From Candidatus Heimdallarchaeota archaeon (GTDB lineage Archaea > Asgardarchaeota > Heimdallarchaeia > Heimdallarchaeales > Heimdallarchaeaceae): 64,000 nucleotides of DNA. The stretch lies in contig JAEOTE010000007.1 in NCBI GenBank assembly GCA_016839945.1, positions 32,001 to 96,000 of the forward strand. The letters are read 5' to 3'. The notes under the pieces are model-generated. The model had not been told where the DNA came from and did not search any database. It saw nothing but the letters and a program-made list of their open reading frames with translations. Made by a program: the position numbers and the translations under genes. Each line of letters begins with the position of its first letter. Position 1 is the stretch's first letter. This document shows, in pieces, positions 19,164 to 29,138 of the stretch.

Positions 19164-20432
19164 TTACTCTTCCTCTCTTATTTTCTGAAGTAATTCATTA
19201 GCATAATCAAATGTCACTTTTTCTTCTTTAGTTAGTTGTTTAGCAACCTTGTCTATTTCTTCCCCTTGAGCTCCTGCATTAATTGCCATGTTTCTAGCAT
19301 GTAGAGACATATGTCCTTTTTGAATCCCTTCATCGACCAAAGCTCTTAAAGCTGCTAGATTTTGAGCTAATCCTACAGCTCCTACAATGTTAGTAAATTC
19401 TATAACATTAGAAACTTGAAGCAGTTTAAGAGAAAGCTTGTATATTGGATTCATATTAATAGCTCCACCAACAGTTCCAATTGATAAAGGCATTTCCAGA
19501 TACCCAACTAAATCCCCTTCCTCATTTTTCTCATATTTAGTTAATGCTTGATATTTACCTGTTATAGCAGCAAATGCATGTGCTCCAGCTTCAACGGCTC
19601 TAGTATCGTTTCCAGTAGCCAATAAAACAGCTGTAACTCCATTCATGATTCCTTTATTGTGAGTTGTTGCTCTATATGGATCATTTTCAGCTAAATCGTT
19701 TGCTAGAAGAATCTTATTTACAATCTCATCTCCACCTAATTCTTCTTTATCAAAAGTTGCTTGAACTTTTACCATTCTTTTTAATCCATAGTTTGAAATG
19801 ATTTTAAGAAGAGCTTTACCTCCAGTGTACTCTTCAATTTTTAGTTTGATTTCCTCAACCATTGTATTAACTGCATTTGCACCCATAGCATCTTTGGTGT
19901 CAACTATGAGATGAAGAAGCATATAGTCACCTAATTGACCTCTGACTTGTCTAATCTCGATATCTTTTGCACCACCTTCTAAATCAGTCAGAACCTTATT
20001 TGTAGAATTAGCTAAATCCAGCAGGTAGTATTGGTTTTCTTTAATTATTTTTTTTGCTTCTTCAAAATCCTTAATCCCTAAAATTTGCATTTGGCCAATA
20101 GTATAAGAACCAGTGTACTCTGAAGTGAAACCTCCTTTTTTTCTTGCTATTTTTGCTGCATGACTTGCTGCAGCAACGATAGAGGTTTCTTCAATAGCCA
20201 TAGGAATTAAATGCTCTTTCCCATTTACTATGAAGTTAGTAGCAATTCCCAAAGGTAAAGAAACTCTACCTACAACATTTTCTATCATATATCCTAGAAT
20301 TTCTTCTCCCACTTCTTCTCCTTTTAGAATTGAAACATCATCTTCAGATAAGCTAAAAATCTTCGACAAGATTTTTCTTCGTTTATCTATTGTTTTATCA
20401 TAAAACTTGGATAATCTGGAACTAAATCCCAT
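19164..20432 (-). CDS. mvaA: Class II HMG-CoA reductase
   Basis: MIENVVG, PMAIEE, DAMGAN, THNKGIMNG, GIQKGHMSLH. Confidence 0.93.
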   Translation of the reverse strand: MGFSSRLSKFYDKTIDKRRKILSKIFSLSEDDVSILKGEEVGEEILGYMIENVVGRVSLPLGIATNFIVNGKEHLIPMAIEETSIVAAASHAAKIARKKGGFTSEYTGSYTIGQMQILGIKDFEEAKKIIKENQYYLLDLANSTNKVLTDLEGGAKDIEIRQVRGQLGDYMLLHLIVDTKDAMGANAVNTMVEEIKLKIEEYTGGKALLKIISNYGLKRMVKVQATFDKEELGGDEIVNKILLANDLAENDPYRATTHNKGIMNGVTAVLLATGNDTRAVEAGAHAFAAITGKYQALTKYEKNEEGDLVGYLEMPLSIGTVGGAINMNPIYKLSLKLLQVSNVIEFTNIVGAVGLAQNLAALRALVDEGIQKGHMSLHARNMAINAGAQGEEIDKVAKQLTKEEKVTFDYANELLQKIREEE

Positions 20433-20476
20433 ATGTATAGAAAAGAATGGTAGTTAAAAAATGTTTATTTTTAGAA

Positions 20477-20695
20477 TTATAATTCTTCTAGAACTTGGAT
20501 TTTTTGATCCTTGAATTGACGCATAATTCTAGTAACATAACCTGCTATCAGATTACGCATTTTTTTTGACATAGGAGAACAGACTTCTTCAACTACATGT
20601 TTGTTGTTCTGAAAATCAGTATTTAACTGATCATGAAAATCACGGACAATTTGTTTTGAGATACGTTTTATTTGGCTAGTACGTATGTTACCCAT
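20477..20695 (-). CDS. rps17e: 30S ribosomal protein S17e
   Basis: MGNIRT, DFQNNK, SKKMRNLIAGYVT. Confidence 0.97.
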   Translation of the reverse strand: MGNIRTSQIKRISKQIVRDFHDQLNTDFQNNKHVVEEVCSPMSKKMRNLIAGYVTRIMRQFKDQKIQVLEEL

Positions 20696-20763
20696 CTAAT
20701 CACTATTTGAGCATTTACTTTTGATTTTAAAATCTTGCTATAAAAGGGAAATTAATGCTTAGT

Positions 20764-21483
20764 TTAGAAATAGAATTGTTCCGTTGCATAAACCTCTATA
20801 CCATTTGGTGTAATCGCAAACGGTCTTTCTACCATTTCATGTTTCAAACCACGCATCTTTCTAATATTCAGACTTCGTATAGCTAAAGAATTTTGGTATT
20901 CATAGTTCAATACTATTACACCTTGACTCATGAACTCTTCAACACCAAATCTACTAACTACCCCTCCTCTCATTTCGCTTGTTAGTATTGTTGTACATTC
21001 TAAAGAGGACATGACAGCACTTAATTTTAAGATTTGTTTTCTTATTTGTTGTTCAGTTTCCATTGAAAGTGCGAGAGCAGTAATACTGTCAATAACAACT
21101 CGTTCTGCAGAGGTTTTGTCTATAATTTCTACTAATTGTGTTATTAGCTCATCTACATCAACCGGAGTTTGGTACTTTTCTTCAGAACTTACACCAGCTC
21201 TTGGACTGAATCCATCAATTAGAACTAATAAATTATCTTTTTCTAAATCATTTAGATTCCAGCCTAAATTCAGACATTCTTCTCTCACATGAGCAGGATG
21301 TTCATCAAAAGAAACAAAAATTCCACTTTCTCCTCCAGAAACAATACCATGATAAAGAAATTGTACTCCGAAAGTTGACTTTCCTGCTCCAGCAGGTCCA
21401 GAGACTAGAATTGTTCTTCCTTTCGGGAATCCTCCTCCAAGTATTCTATCTAGACCTATAATACCAGTTTCAACAAGTTCCAT
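20764..21483 (-). CDS. Single-domain KaiC/RAD55-like RecA-superfamily ATPase
   Basis: TGIIGLD, GPAGAGKS, VIDSIT, GVEEF, IRKMRG. Confidence 0.9.
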   Translation of the reverse strand: MELVETGIIGLDRILGGGFPKGRTILVSGPAGAGKSTFGVQFLYHGIVSGGESGIFVSFDEHPAHVREECLNLGWNLNDLEKDNLLVLIDGFSPRAGVSSEEKYQTPVDVDELITQLVEIIDKTSAERVVIDSITALALSMETEQQIRKQILKLSAVMSSLECTTILTSEMRGGVVSRFGVEEFMSQGVIVLNYEYQNSLAIRSLNIRKMRGLKHEMVERPFAITPNGIEVYATEQFYF

Positions 21484-21534
21484 AAGTGCTAATGTTTTTT
21501 TTAGATAAAAAGAATTTCGGAAGTATTAATGACA

Positions 21535-23343
21535 TTACTCAACTGATTCCAATTTCTTCAAATCCCATCCGCTTGTTGTACGAAAAACAAAAGTTGGGTG
21601 AGATATCTTATCAATTTGTAGAAGCAGTTCAACATCAAATTGTTTCTTGAAGTGTGAAGATGCTTTTACAAACTTGTATTTTCCATCAAGAATATTGATC
21701 ACTGTACCGATTGGGGATTTCTCAGCTAGTTCAGCTGATTCATCTATTATCCCGATTCTTGCCATCATCCCCCAGTTCATTACTCTTATTAATGGATGAG
21801 TTTTATTTTTGCTTTTTACTTCCTCGATACCTAAGCAGTACATTGATGATTTTTGTTCCTCAGAAAGCTTCTCAAAAACAATGTAATCTGATGTAAGAAA
21901 TTTCTGCAATTCTTTGGGACTTGTTCGCAAATTAAGATTTAATTGATAACTGGATTTTATATCTGGAAAACGTTTGATCAGTTTGTTGTACAATGTTTGT
22001 ATAGTCGATTTAGCATGCGATAAACCAGCAAAATAAAGCCAACTAAGATATTCGAGACTTGCTATACACATTCCTTTATTCTTATTGTTTAATGATAAGT
22101 AGAAAGTTTGCTCAAACATTAATCCAGATTTATTCAAGTCATCCAATTGCATATATTTGAAACCAAGTTGATTGATAAATTCAATGTTATCATAATCATA
22201 ATCCTTGGCTCTCTCTTCTGCCTTGTTGCCACCTAGAATAACTGTTAGTAAAACTAGAGCTTGTACAACATTAGCAACATCAGTTCGTTGATATTGATTA
22301 CATTCATCTTCAAAAGCAGGAGTGAAGTAAGAGTTTAACCGTTGAATTTGTCCAGACAACAAAAGAAGTATCATTCTAAGGAAATGTACATTTATTCCAA
22401 GTTCTTCAACAGCTCTTGAACTTTGAAACAGAATCATAAGGAGTTTGTCCATGTACACTCTCGCTAAATCAAGTTTCTTATTTTCGATTAGACATATACA
22501 TGCTAAATATTGTAATCGAGCTAACATTAGTAGAGATTCATTGTAAATAGGATGGTCTTCTATTTTGTCAACTACTAACTTCCAGTCAACTAAACTGTCT
22601 GTTATCTCTAATACTCTAGATAAGAGTTCTTCTTCTAATTCTCCATATTTTCCTTGAATGAAATCGTCTTCAAGTCTATTAAGATCTCTCTGTATCTCAA
22701 CCAATAGTTCGCTTAGTTGTAAAGATTCTATTGAAAAAACCTCTCCTTCTTTTAAGTCACTTTGAGTTTGTTTAACCAATTTTTCTTCATATTCTGAACG
22801 AATTACGGATATTGCAGAGTCTAATATCTTTCTAATCCTTTTGACAGGATCATATCTATTTGTGCTCTCGACTGAATATTGTATTTCAGCGGTAAATAAT
22901 TTTGATTCAAGTTCTTTTAAAAAAGAATTAACTGATGGATTAGTATTTTCTTCAATTACATATCTTACAAAAGCACTATCTATGAGTGTTGGAATATTGA
23001 TTAGTTCAGCAGTTTCAAGCAATTTTAAATCACTACTTACAACAGTTGCATTTAATTTGTCTGCTAAGAAAATAACAGCTAAATCAGGTTTTTGAGGTAA
23101 ATTTGTAGTTTTATCATGTAATTTTCTTAGAAATTTTTGAAATTCTGATTCAATAATCCCCCCAACTTTAACGTGAGGTAAAATTGCTCTTTGAACATAA
23201 TATCTTAATTCATTTTTAATTTGAACAGGAATGAATACTTCTATTTTGAGTTTCTTTAAAACCTGAGCAAAAGTACCATATGAATCTGGTCGAGACTGAA
23301 ATCCACTTATGAAAAAATTAGTATCTACAACATATACTGCCAT
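21535..23343 (-). CDS. PIN-domain protein with long alpha-helical region
   Basis: VVDTNFFI, KNEL, PDLAVIFLA, VSSDLKL supply the PIN acidic tetrad; the rest is unrecognised. Confidence 0.7.
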   Translation of the reverse strand: MAVYVVDTNFFISGFQSRPDSYGTFAQVLKKLKIEVFIPVQIKNELRYYVQRAILPHVKVGGIIESEFQKFLRKLHDKTTNLPQKPDLAVIFLADKLNATVVSSDLKLLETAELINIPTLIDSAFVRYVIEENTNPSVNSFLKELESKLFTAEIQYSVESTNRYDPVKRIRKILDSAISVIRSEYEEKLVKQTQSDLKEGEVFSIESLQLSELLVEIQRDLNRLEDDFIQGKYGELEEELLSRVLEITDSLVDWKLVVDKIEDHPIYNESLLMLARLQYLACICLIENKKLDLARVYMDKLLMILFQSSRAVEELGINVHFLRMILLLLSGQIQRLNSYFTPAFEDECNQYQRTDVANVVQALVLLTVILGGNKAEERAKDYDYDNIEFINQLGFKYMQLDDLNKSGLMFEQTFYLSLNNKNKGMCIASLEYLSWLYFAGLSHAKSTIQTLYNKLIKRFPDIKSSYQLNLNLRTSPKELQKFLTSDYIVFEKLSEEQKSSMYCLGIEEVKSKNKTHPLIRVMNWGMMARIGIIDESAELAEKSPIGTVINILDGKYKFVKASSHFKKQFDVELLLQIDKISHPTFVFRTTSGWDLKKLESVE

Positions 23344-23396
23344 TAAACTATGTAAAACAAGGGGTTATTTTTACTTTTTGTCCTATATATGAAAAA

Positions 23397-24326
23397 TTAC
23401 ATTATTTTGTTGTATAATTCAGTCAATCCTTCTTCAAGCTTAATGGATGGTGAAAATCCTAACAATTCCTTAGCTAACTCTATTGAAGCATAACTGTCTC
23501 TAATGTCACCTTTTCTAGGTTCTACAAACTTCGGAGAAATATCTTTCCCACTTATAGAGATGATTAATTCAGCTAGCTCAAGTATTGTTGTTTTAATCCC
23601 TGTTCCTACATTAAAGATTCTTCCTATTGCTTTTTCATTTTTAAGAATCAATTCAATTGCCTTAACAACATCCATTGCATGAACAAAGTCCCTAGTTTGT
23701 TTTCCATCATCTTCAATTATGGGTGATTCATTATTCTTAACTTTCTTAATAAACTTGTAAATGACACCAGAATAAGGATCATTTTCTTTCTGCAGTGAGC
23801 TGTAAATATTAAATGGGAGAACAACTGATGATCTTAAGTTATACAGTTGTGAGTATAACAAGACATATTTCTCTGCAACATACTTACTCATTCCATAGGG
23901 TGATACGGGATTCTTTGGATGGTCTTCTGTTATTGGAAGAAACTGAGGTTGTCCATAAGTTGCAGCAGAGCTTACATAAATAAATCTTTCAACATTTATT
24001 TTCCTAGCAAATTCTAGTAGTTGAATGGTTCCGAGAATGTTTACATTAGCGTCGAAAATCGGATTTTCCACTGATTTATTTATGTTTATTTGAGCAGCAC
24101 AGTGTAGTATAAAATCTACATCTGGGATGCTTTCGTATATTTTGTGGTCCTGGATTTTCCCTTTTATAAGAGTTACATCATCAGGAGGGGCAACTTTAGG
24201 TGATGATTGATCATCTAAAAGTATAACATTATATCTGGATTTCAGTTCTGAATATGCGTGATAGCCTATCTGACCTAGTCCTCCGGTAATAAGAATAGTC
24301 TCTAAATCTTTTTCCATATATATCAT
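23397..24326 (-). CDS. NAD-dependent nucleotide-sugar epimerase/dehydratase (extended SDR)
   Basis: ITGGLGQIG, SSAATYG, YGMSK, QTRDFVH. Confidence 0.92.
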   Translation of the reverse strand: MIYMEKDLETILITGGLGQIGYHAYSELKSRYNVILLDDQSSPKVAPPDDVTLIKGKIQDHKIYESIPDVDFILHCAAQININKSVENPIFDANVNILGTIQLLEFARKINVERFIYVSSAATYGQPQFLPITEDHPKNPVSPYGMSKYVAEKYVLLYSQLYNLRSSVVLPFNIYSSLQKENDPYSGVIYKFIKKVKNNESPIIEDDGKQTRDFVHAMDVVKAIELILKNEKAIGRIFNVGTGIKTTILELAELIISISGKDISPKFVEPRKGDIRDSYASIELAKELLGFSPSIKLEEGLTELYNKIM

Positions 24327-24409
24327 CGAGGGTAAAACTTTTTAAAAGCATAGCGTTCATTTGCTCATAAATTGCATATATATGTTTTTTATATTCTAAT
24401 GGTGAAAAA

Positions 24410-25495
24410 ATGACGAAAAAAGTACGCGTAGCAATAGCAGGATTAGGAAATTGCGCATCTGCTCTAATACAAGGTTTAGAATATTATAAAAATGCAGATC
24501 CTGAATCTGATTATATCCCAGGTATAATGCATGTAAAATTTGGTGATTATCACATTTCAGATGTAGAAATTGTTGCAGCTTTTGAAGTAAGTACACTTAA
24601 GATTGGAAAAGATATTTCAGAAGCAATTTGGGAAGAACCGAACTGCTGCAATAAGTTTTCAGATGTTCCATACAAGGAAGTAGAAGTATTACCAGGTCCT
24701 ATTGAAGATGGTGTAGCACCTCATATGAAGGAATCTTTTCATTGTTATGATGAATCCAAAGTGCAAGCTGTAGACGTTACTGATGTTTTAAGAAAAACAG
24801 AAACTGATGTTTTAATCAATTTCTTACCTGTAGGTAGTGAAACAGCAACAAGAAGATATGCTCAAGCTTGTTTAGATGCAGGAGTTGCCCTCGCAAATGG
24901 CATACCAGCATTTATTGCATCTGATCCTGAATGGGGTCAGAAATTTACTGATAAGAATATACCCATTGCTGGTGATGATATAAAATCTCAATTAGGAGCA
25001 ACAATTTTACATAGAGTGTTAGTAGGATTAGCACATGATCGAGGTATTAAACTTGATGAAACTTTTCAGCTCAATATAGGTGGAAATACTGACTTTGAGA
25101 ACATGAAAAAAGAGTATAGATTAACAACTAAAAGAATCTCAAAAACACAAGCAGTAACAAGTATGATACCTTATGAAGTGCCTACAAGAATTGGACCATC
25201 AGATTATGTTCCATTTTTGGAGGATGAGAAGATTTGTTACTTATGGCTAAAAGGTAAGAATTTCGGGGAACAACCACTAACTGTTCAACTGAAACTTTCT
25301 GTTCAGGATTCACCTAACAGTGCTGGTGTTATGATTGATGTTGTACGTTCTTTAAAAATTGCTAAGGATAGAGGTATAGGTGGTCCTTTAATTGGTGTTT
25401 CTAGCTATTTCTTCAAACACCCTCCCAAACAAATACAAGATTCTGAAGCATTCCAACTAGTCGAGAAATTCATTAAAGGAGAAATAACAAACTGA
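24410..25495 (+). CDS. ino1: Inositol-3-phosphate synthase
   Basis: GLGNCAS, GDDIKSQLGAT, QLNIGGNTDF, KRISKT, DSPNSAG, FFKHPP. Confidence 0.95.
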   Translation: MTKKVRVAIAGLGNCASALIQGLEYYKNADPESDYIPGIMHVKFGDYHISDVEIVAAFEVSTLKIGKDISEAIWEEPNCCNKFSDVPYKEVEVLPGPIEDGVAPHMKESFHCYDESKVQAVDVTDVLRKTETDVLINFLPVGSETATRRYAQACLDAGVALANGIPAFIASDPEWGQKFTDKNIPIAGDDIKSQLGATILHRVLVGLAHDRGIKLDETFQLNIGGNTDFENMKKEYRLTTKRISKTQAVTSMIPYEVPTRIGPSDYVPFLEDEKICYLWLKGKNFGEQPLTVQLKLSVQDSPNSAGVMIDVVRSLKIAKDRGIGGPLIGVSSYFFKHPPKQIQDSEAFQLVEKFIKGEITN

Positions 25496-25505
25496 GGTGA
25501 AATGA

Positions 25506-26576
25506 ATGGAAAACGATACTATTAAGGTTGCAATTGCTGGAGTTGGTAATGTTGCTTCAGGTTTAATTCAAGGAATAATCTACATGAGAGAGTATGAGGA
25601 AGAAAAAGAGAATCTACTTCACCCAAAAATCGGAAGTTACGAAACTAAGAACATTCAAATTGTTGCTGCATTTGATGTTGATTCAAGTAAAGTAAACAAA
25701 GATTTGTCAGAAGCGATTTTCGTTCCAATAAACAGTACTCCACAATTTATTCAAGTTGAACATTTAGGTGTTGAAGTAGTTAAGGGACCAACTAAAGATG
25801 GGCTTTCTAAACATCTAAGACAAGTCATTCAAGTTGCTGAAACTGAAGAGGCAAACATTGTAGAAATTTTACAAAAAACAGGAACAGAGATTCTTATCTG
25901 TGCCATTCCTACTGGTGCTGAAGAAGCAGTTAAGACTTATGCTCAAGCAGCTATAGATGCTGAGGTTTCCTTTATTAACTGTACTCCAACAAGAATCGCT
26001 AGCAATCCTGCTTGGGCTAGAAAATTCAAACAAGCTAACGTTTGCGTAATCGGTGATGATTTACAGTCTCTAGCAGGAGGAACAGTTCTTCATAAAGGAT
26101 TTCTAGATGTTCTAAAAGAGCAAGGTGTTAAAATAAAAGACACATATCAATTAGATGTCTCTGGTGGTCTTGAAACTCTTAATACTCTTGATGATGACAG
26201 AAAACAATATAAAAGAAATATAAAGGAGCGTTCAATCCAAGAATCTGTAATAAACGAGATCAATATTGCTAGTGGAACCTCTGATTATCTAGAGTTTCTA
26301 GGAAATAGAAGAATAGGGCACTTTTGGATTTTTGGTGAAGGATTTATGGGTATGCCAGTTAAAATTGATATAAGATTAGAAACACTTGATGGTCCAAATG
26401 CAGCTGGGACACTTATAGATGTCATAAGAGCCACAAAAATTGCTATTAACAGAGCTGGAAATGGTCCAATAAGCTCTATCTGTGCTTATGGATTTAAAGC
26501 TCCTCCAGTTACAACAGACAGACATACCTCACATCAATGGCTTAATGAATATTTAGAAGGAAAAAGAACAGAATAA
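25506..26576 (+). CDS. Divergent inositol-3-phosphate synthase paralog
   Basis: Colinear with the upstream gene (GVGNVAS, GDDLQS, DGPNAAG, GFKAPP) but with substituted active-site motifs. Confidence 0.85.
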   Translation: MENDTIKVAIAGVGNVASGLIQGIIYMREYEEEKENLLHPKIGSYETKNIQIVAAFDVDSSKVNKDLSEAIFVPINSTPQFIQVEHLGVEVVKGPTKDGLSKHLRQVIQVAETEEANIVEILQKTGTEILICAIPTGAEEAVKTYAQAAIDAEVSFINCTPTRIASNPAWARKFKQANVCVIGDDLQSLAGGTVLHKGFLDVLKEQGVKIKDTYQLDVSGGLETLNTLDDDRKQYKRNIKERSIQESVINEINIASGTSDYLEFLGNRRIGHFWIFGEGFMGMPVKIDIRLETLDGPNAAGTLIDVIRATKIAINRAGNGPISSICAYGFKAPPVTTDRHTSHQWLNEYLEGKRTE

Positions 26577-26600
26577 TTTTTTCTTCAAATCCTTTCTTTT

Positions 26601-27572
26601 TTAGAACTTAAGGGATTTTGTTATTTCTATAAGTTTAGCTCTTGGAATAGATTGAGGAAATTTCTTTAAAATTGATATTGCTTTCTCAACATACAGTGAG
26701 ACTTTTGTTTTTAATGAATCAATTGATCCTGATTTGATTAGTATGTCTTTTATTTTGGTTGGAGAGAAATCTTCTTTTTCAAGATAGTATTTTTCTAGTA
26801 TCTCTCTATCAGAATTTTCAGTTGTTTCAAAAGCTTTGAGAACTAGGAATGTCTGAATTCTGTTTGTAATATCAGTCCAAACTCCTGATTTCCCTAATTC
26901 TTCTTCAGAAGACAATAAAGAGAGTATGTCGTCTCTAAGTTGAAATGCTCTACCAAAGTATATTCCAAAGTTTTTCATGAGCTCCCTATCTTCTTTGGTA
27001 GAATCTCCAATTATTACTCCAATTACTGATGCTGCTTCAAATAAACAAGAAGTTTTTCTGTCGATTAATTTTATAGCTTCATCCTTTAACATTTTTCTCT
27101 CCCCTTTCCTGAATTTTTCTTCAAGAAATAGGGAAGTGGATAATGTATGCAAAGCTTTGAGTAGTTCATCAACAACTTCCAAAACCTGAGTTTTTGTTGC
27201 TAGACTAAGGGCTAAACTACTCATTGAGTAAGACAAAGAAATTGCTGCAAAAGTTGAAAACTCAAGATAGAAGGACTTTTCTTTTCTTCTAAAAATATCC
27301 TTATCAAAGACATCATCAACTAAAAGTGTAGCGTTATGAATCACTTCTAAAGCACAGGCTGCTGCATAACTTATATCATTTCTTTCTTGCTTTGATATCA
27401 TCTCAAATGAAAGAAGACAAATCAAAGGTCGTATTCTCTTACCGCCTTTCCTCAAAATATGATCAATAAGTTCAGTTATCTCTTCATCATAAGGACTTTG
27501 ATCTCTAAGATTAGACAAATAAGAGTTAATTTGATTCACTTCTTCAGAGAAATCTAAGCTAGATTTAGGCAC
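26601..27572 (-). CDS. Trans-polyprenyl diphosphate synthase family protein (divergent)
   Basis: GGKRIRP, FARM DDVFD, RR, KTS, FQLRDDILS, LGK; GTG at 27572 preferred over 27620. Confidence 0.85.
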   Translation of the reverse strand: MPKSSLDFSEEVNQINSYLSNLRDQSPYDEEITELIDHILRKGGKRIRPLICLLSFEMISKQERNDISYAAACALEVIHNATLLVDDVFDKDIFRRKEKSFYLEFSTFAAISLSYSMSSLALSLATKTQVLEVVDELLKALHTLSTSLFLEEKFRKGERKMLKDEAIKLIDRKTSCLFEAASVIGVIIGDSTKEDRELMKNFGIYFGRAFQLRDDILSLLSSEEELGKSGVWTDITNRIQTFLVLKAFETTENSDREILEKYYLEKEDFSPTKIKDILIKSGSIDSLKTKVSLYVEKAISILKKFPQSIPRAKLIEITKSLKF

Positions 27573-27625
27573 TAGTATCAACTTATAGCAACAATAGATG
27601 TAAAAAAACTTTTTGAACAAAGTAA

Positions 27626-29119
27626 CTAGAAAAGTGATTCTCCCATAGATGAACAGAATTCTAGAAAATTTACATTTAATACTAATAGAAGAATTATCAT
27701 AAACAAAACAAGAATCAAAGATATATGAACTCCTGGTTCAACTGTTTTTTGTACATATGGTTTCTCGAATGTTTCAAAGAACAAGGATTTGAGAACTCTT
27801 ATCAAATAGATACTTGAAAAAGCTAACACTAATACATAAACAACAGATATGAGAATAAGATAATCACTAATAATCTTAAAGAGAAGAATTTCTGTTAAGA
27901 AACCTATTATTACAGGAAAAACAAACAGAAGTATAAAACTTGTTGAAACTATTATAGAAAGAACAATACGCATTTTTCCTATCCCTTTCAAGTCCTCAAT
28001 GTTTTCTGAATCAAAACATTTTGACAAATAACTTACAGCAATTGAAGAAAATGAAAATAATAGAACATATCCTATAAGATTCAATGAAAGATATTGCATA
28101 ACTTGAAGTTGTTTTGGGTAGGACAGATATCCAGATAATGAGAAAGCTAGGATAAGAAAAATAGAACCAATATGAATCTGACTAATATAATGTAAGAGCT
28201 TCTTCAAATTTGGAACTGTAATTGAAGAAAACACACCCCATAAAGCTAATATGAAACCAATGATAATGAACAGCCAAATTAAGAGATTGATAATAGATGA
28301 ATCTCTATTATTTACCGCTATTTTTACCATAAATGAGATACTAATCCCTTTTTGAATAATGGTAAGAATGCTTGAGCTAGACATGTTATTATCATCCGTA
28401 AAACCTAATGACCAAAAGTGGAATGGTGGGAAACCTAATTGAATTAGAAGAGAAATTACTATCAGGATTATACTCAAGTATTCCCAAATATTAAGGAATG
28501 CAGCCTCTAAAATGACTTCGAAACCATTCACAGCAATGAAATGACACGAAATTCCAAAGAAAAGCAATGTTAGTGATAACCCATTTAAGATTGTATAAGG
28601 TGAGATTATTTTTGTAAGCTTGTCTTCAGTAGCGTTCTGTAGATACCTGAAATAAATATTGAGACCAGCATATAGAAGGATAAAACCAAAAAATATAACA
28701 AGCCAAGAATTTGAGGAGAAAATAAAGAATGAACTGGATTGCAAAACTAGAAGAGAAATAAATGCAAAATAACTTCTTTCCGAATTTTTACTAGTTTCTA
28801 CAATAGTTAGAAATTCAAGTAATATGATTCCAACACTAATTGCTAAGTAAATACCAGAGGAAAATGGATTAATTTCGAATACTTGTATTTCTGGAATACC
28901 ATTTTCGAACGGAGTAAGAATGTATGAAAACAGAACAACAGATATGATAGAACATAATATAGAACAATAACCAAAAATGAGTCTCATTCGTCCCTGAAAC
29001 ACAACAAATTTCTTAGCTATTTTATGTGATAATAATCCTGTAGTCAGAATAAGGATTATCCCTAAGAGTAGTAGCTCTAGATGCAAGTAGTTAAAGAAAA
29101 TTGAAGAAATATAACTCAT
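27626..29119 (-). CDS. NuoN/NuoM/MrpD-like antiporter-fold membrane subunit (degenerate)
   Basis: About 14 TM; LGFPPFHFW, NLKKLLHYISQIHIG, EDLKGIG. Confidence 0.75.
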   Translation of the reverse strand: MSYISSIFFNYLHLELLLLGIILILTTGLLSHKIAKKFVVFQGRMRLIFGYCSILCSIISVVLFSYILTPFENGIPEIQVFEINPFSSGIYLAISVGIILLEFLTIVETSKNSERSYFAFISLLVLQSSSFFIFSSNSWLVIFFGFILLYAGLNIYFRYLQNATEDKLTKIISPYTILNGLSLTLLFFGISCHFIAVNGFEVILEAAFLNIWEYLSIILIVISLLIQLGFPPFHFWSLGFTDDNNMSSSSILTIIQKGISISFMVKIAVNNRDSSIINLLIWLFIIIGFILALWGVFSSITVPNLKKLLHYISQIHIGSIFLILAFSLSGYLSYPKQLQVMQYLSLNLIGYVLLFSFSSIAVSYLSKCFDSENIEDLKGIGKMRIVLSIIVSTSFILLFVFPVIIGFLTEILLFKIISDYLILISVVYVLVLAFSSIYLIRVLKSLFFETFEKPYVQKTVEPGVHISLILVLFMIILLLVLNVNFLEFCSSMGESLF

Positions 29120-29138
29120 CTTAATACACCTCTTCTAT

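Noticed and set aside
20764-21483. KaiC-like ATPase as ArlH of the filament system or as a clock protein
   Set aside because: 35 kb from the pilus locus, single domain, no kaiB and no archaellum genes
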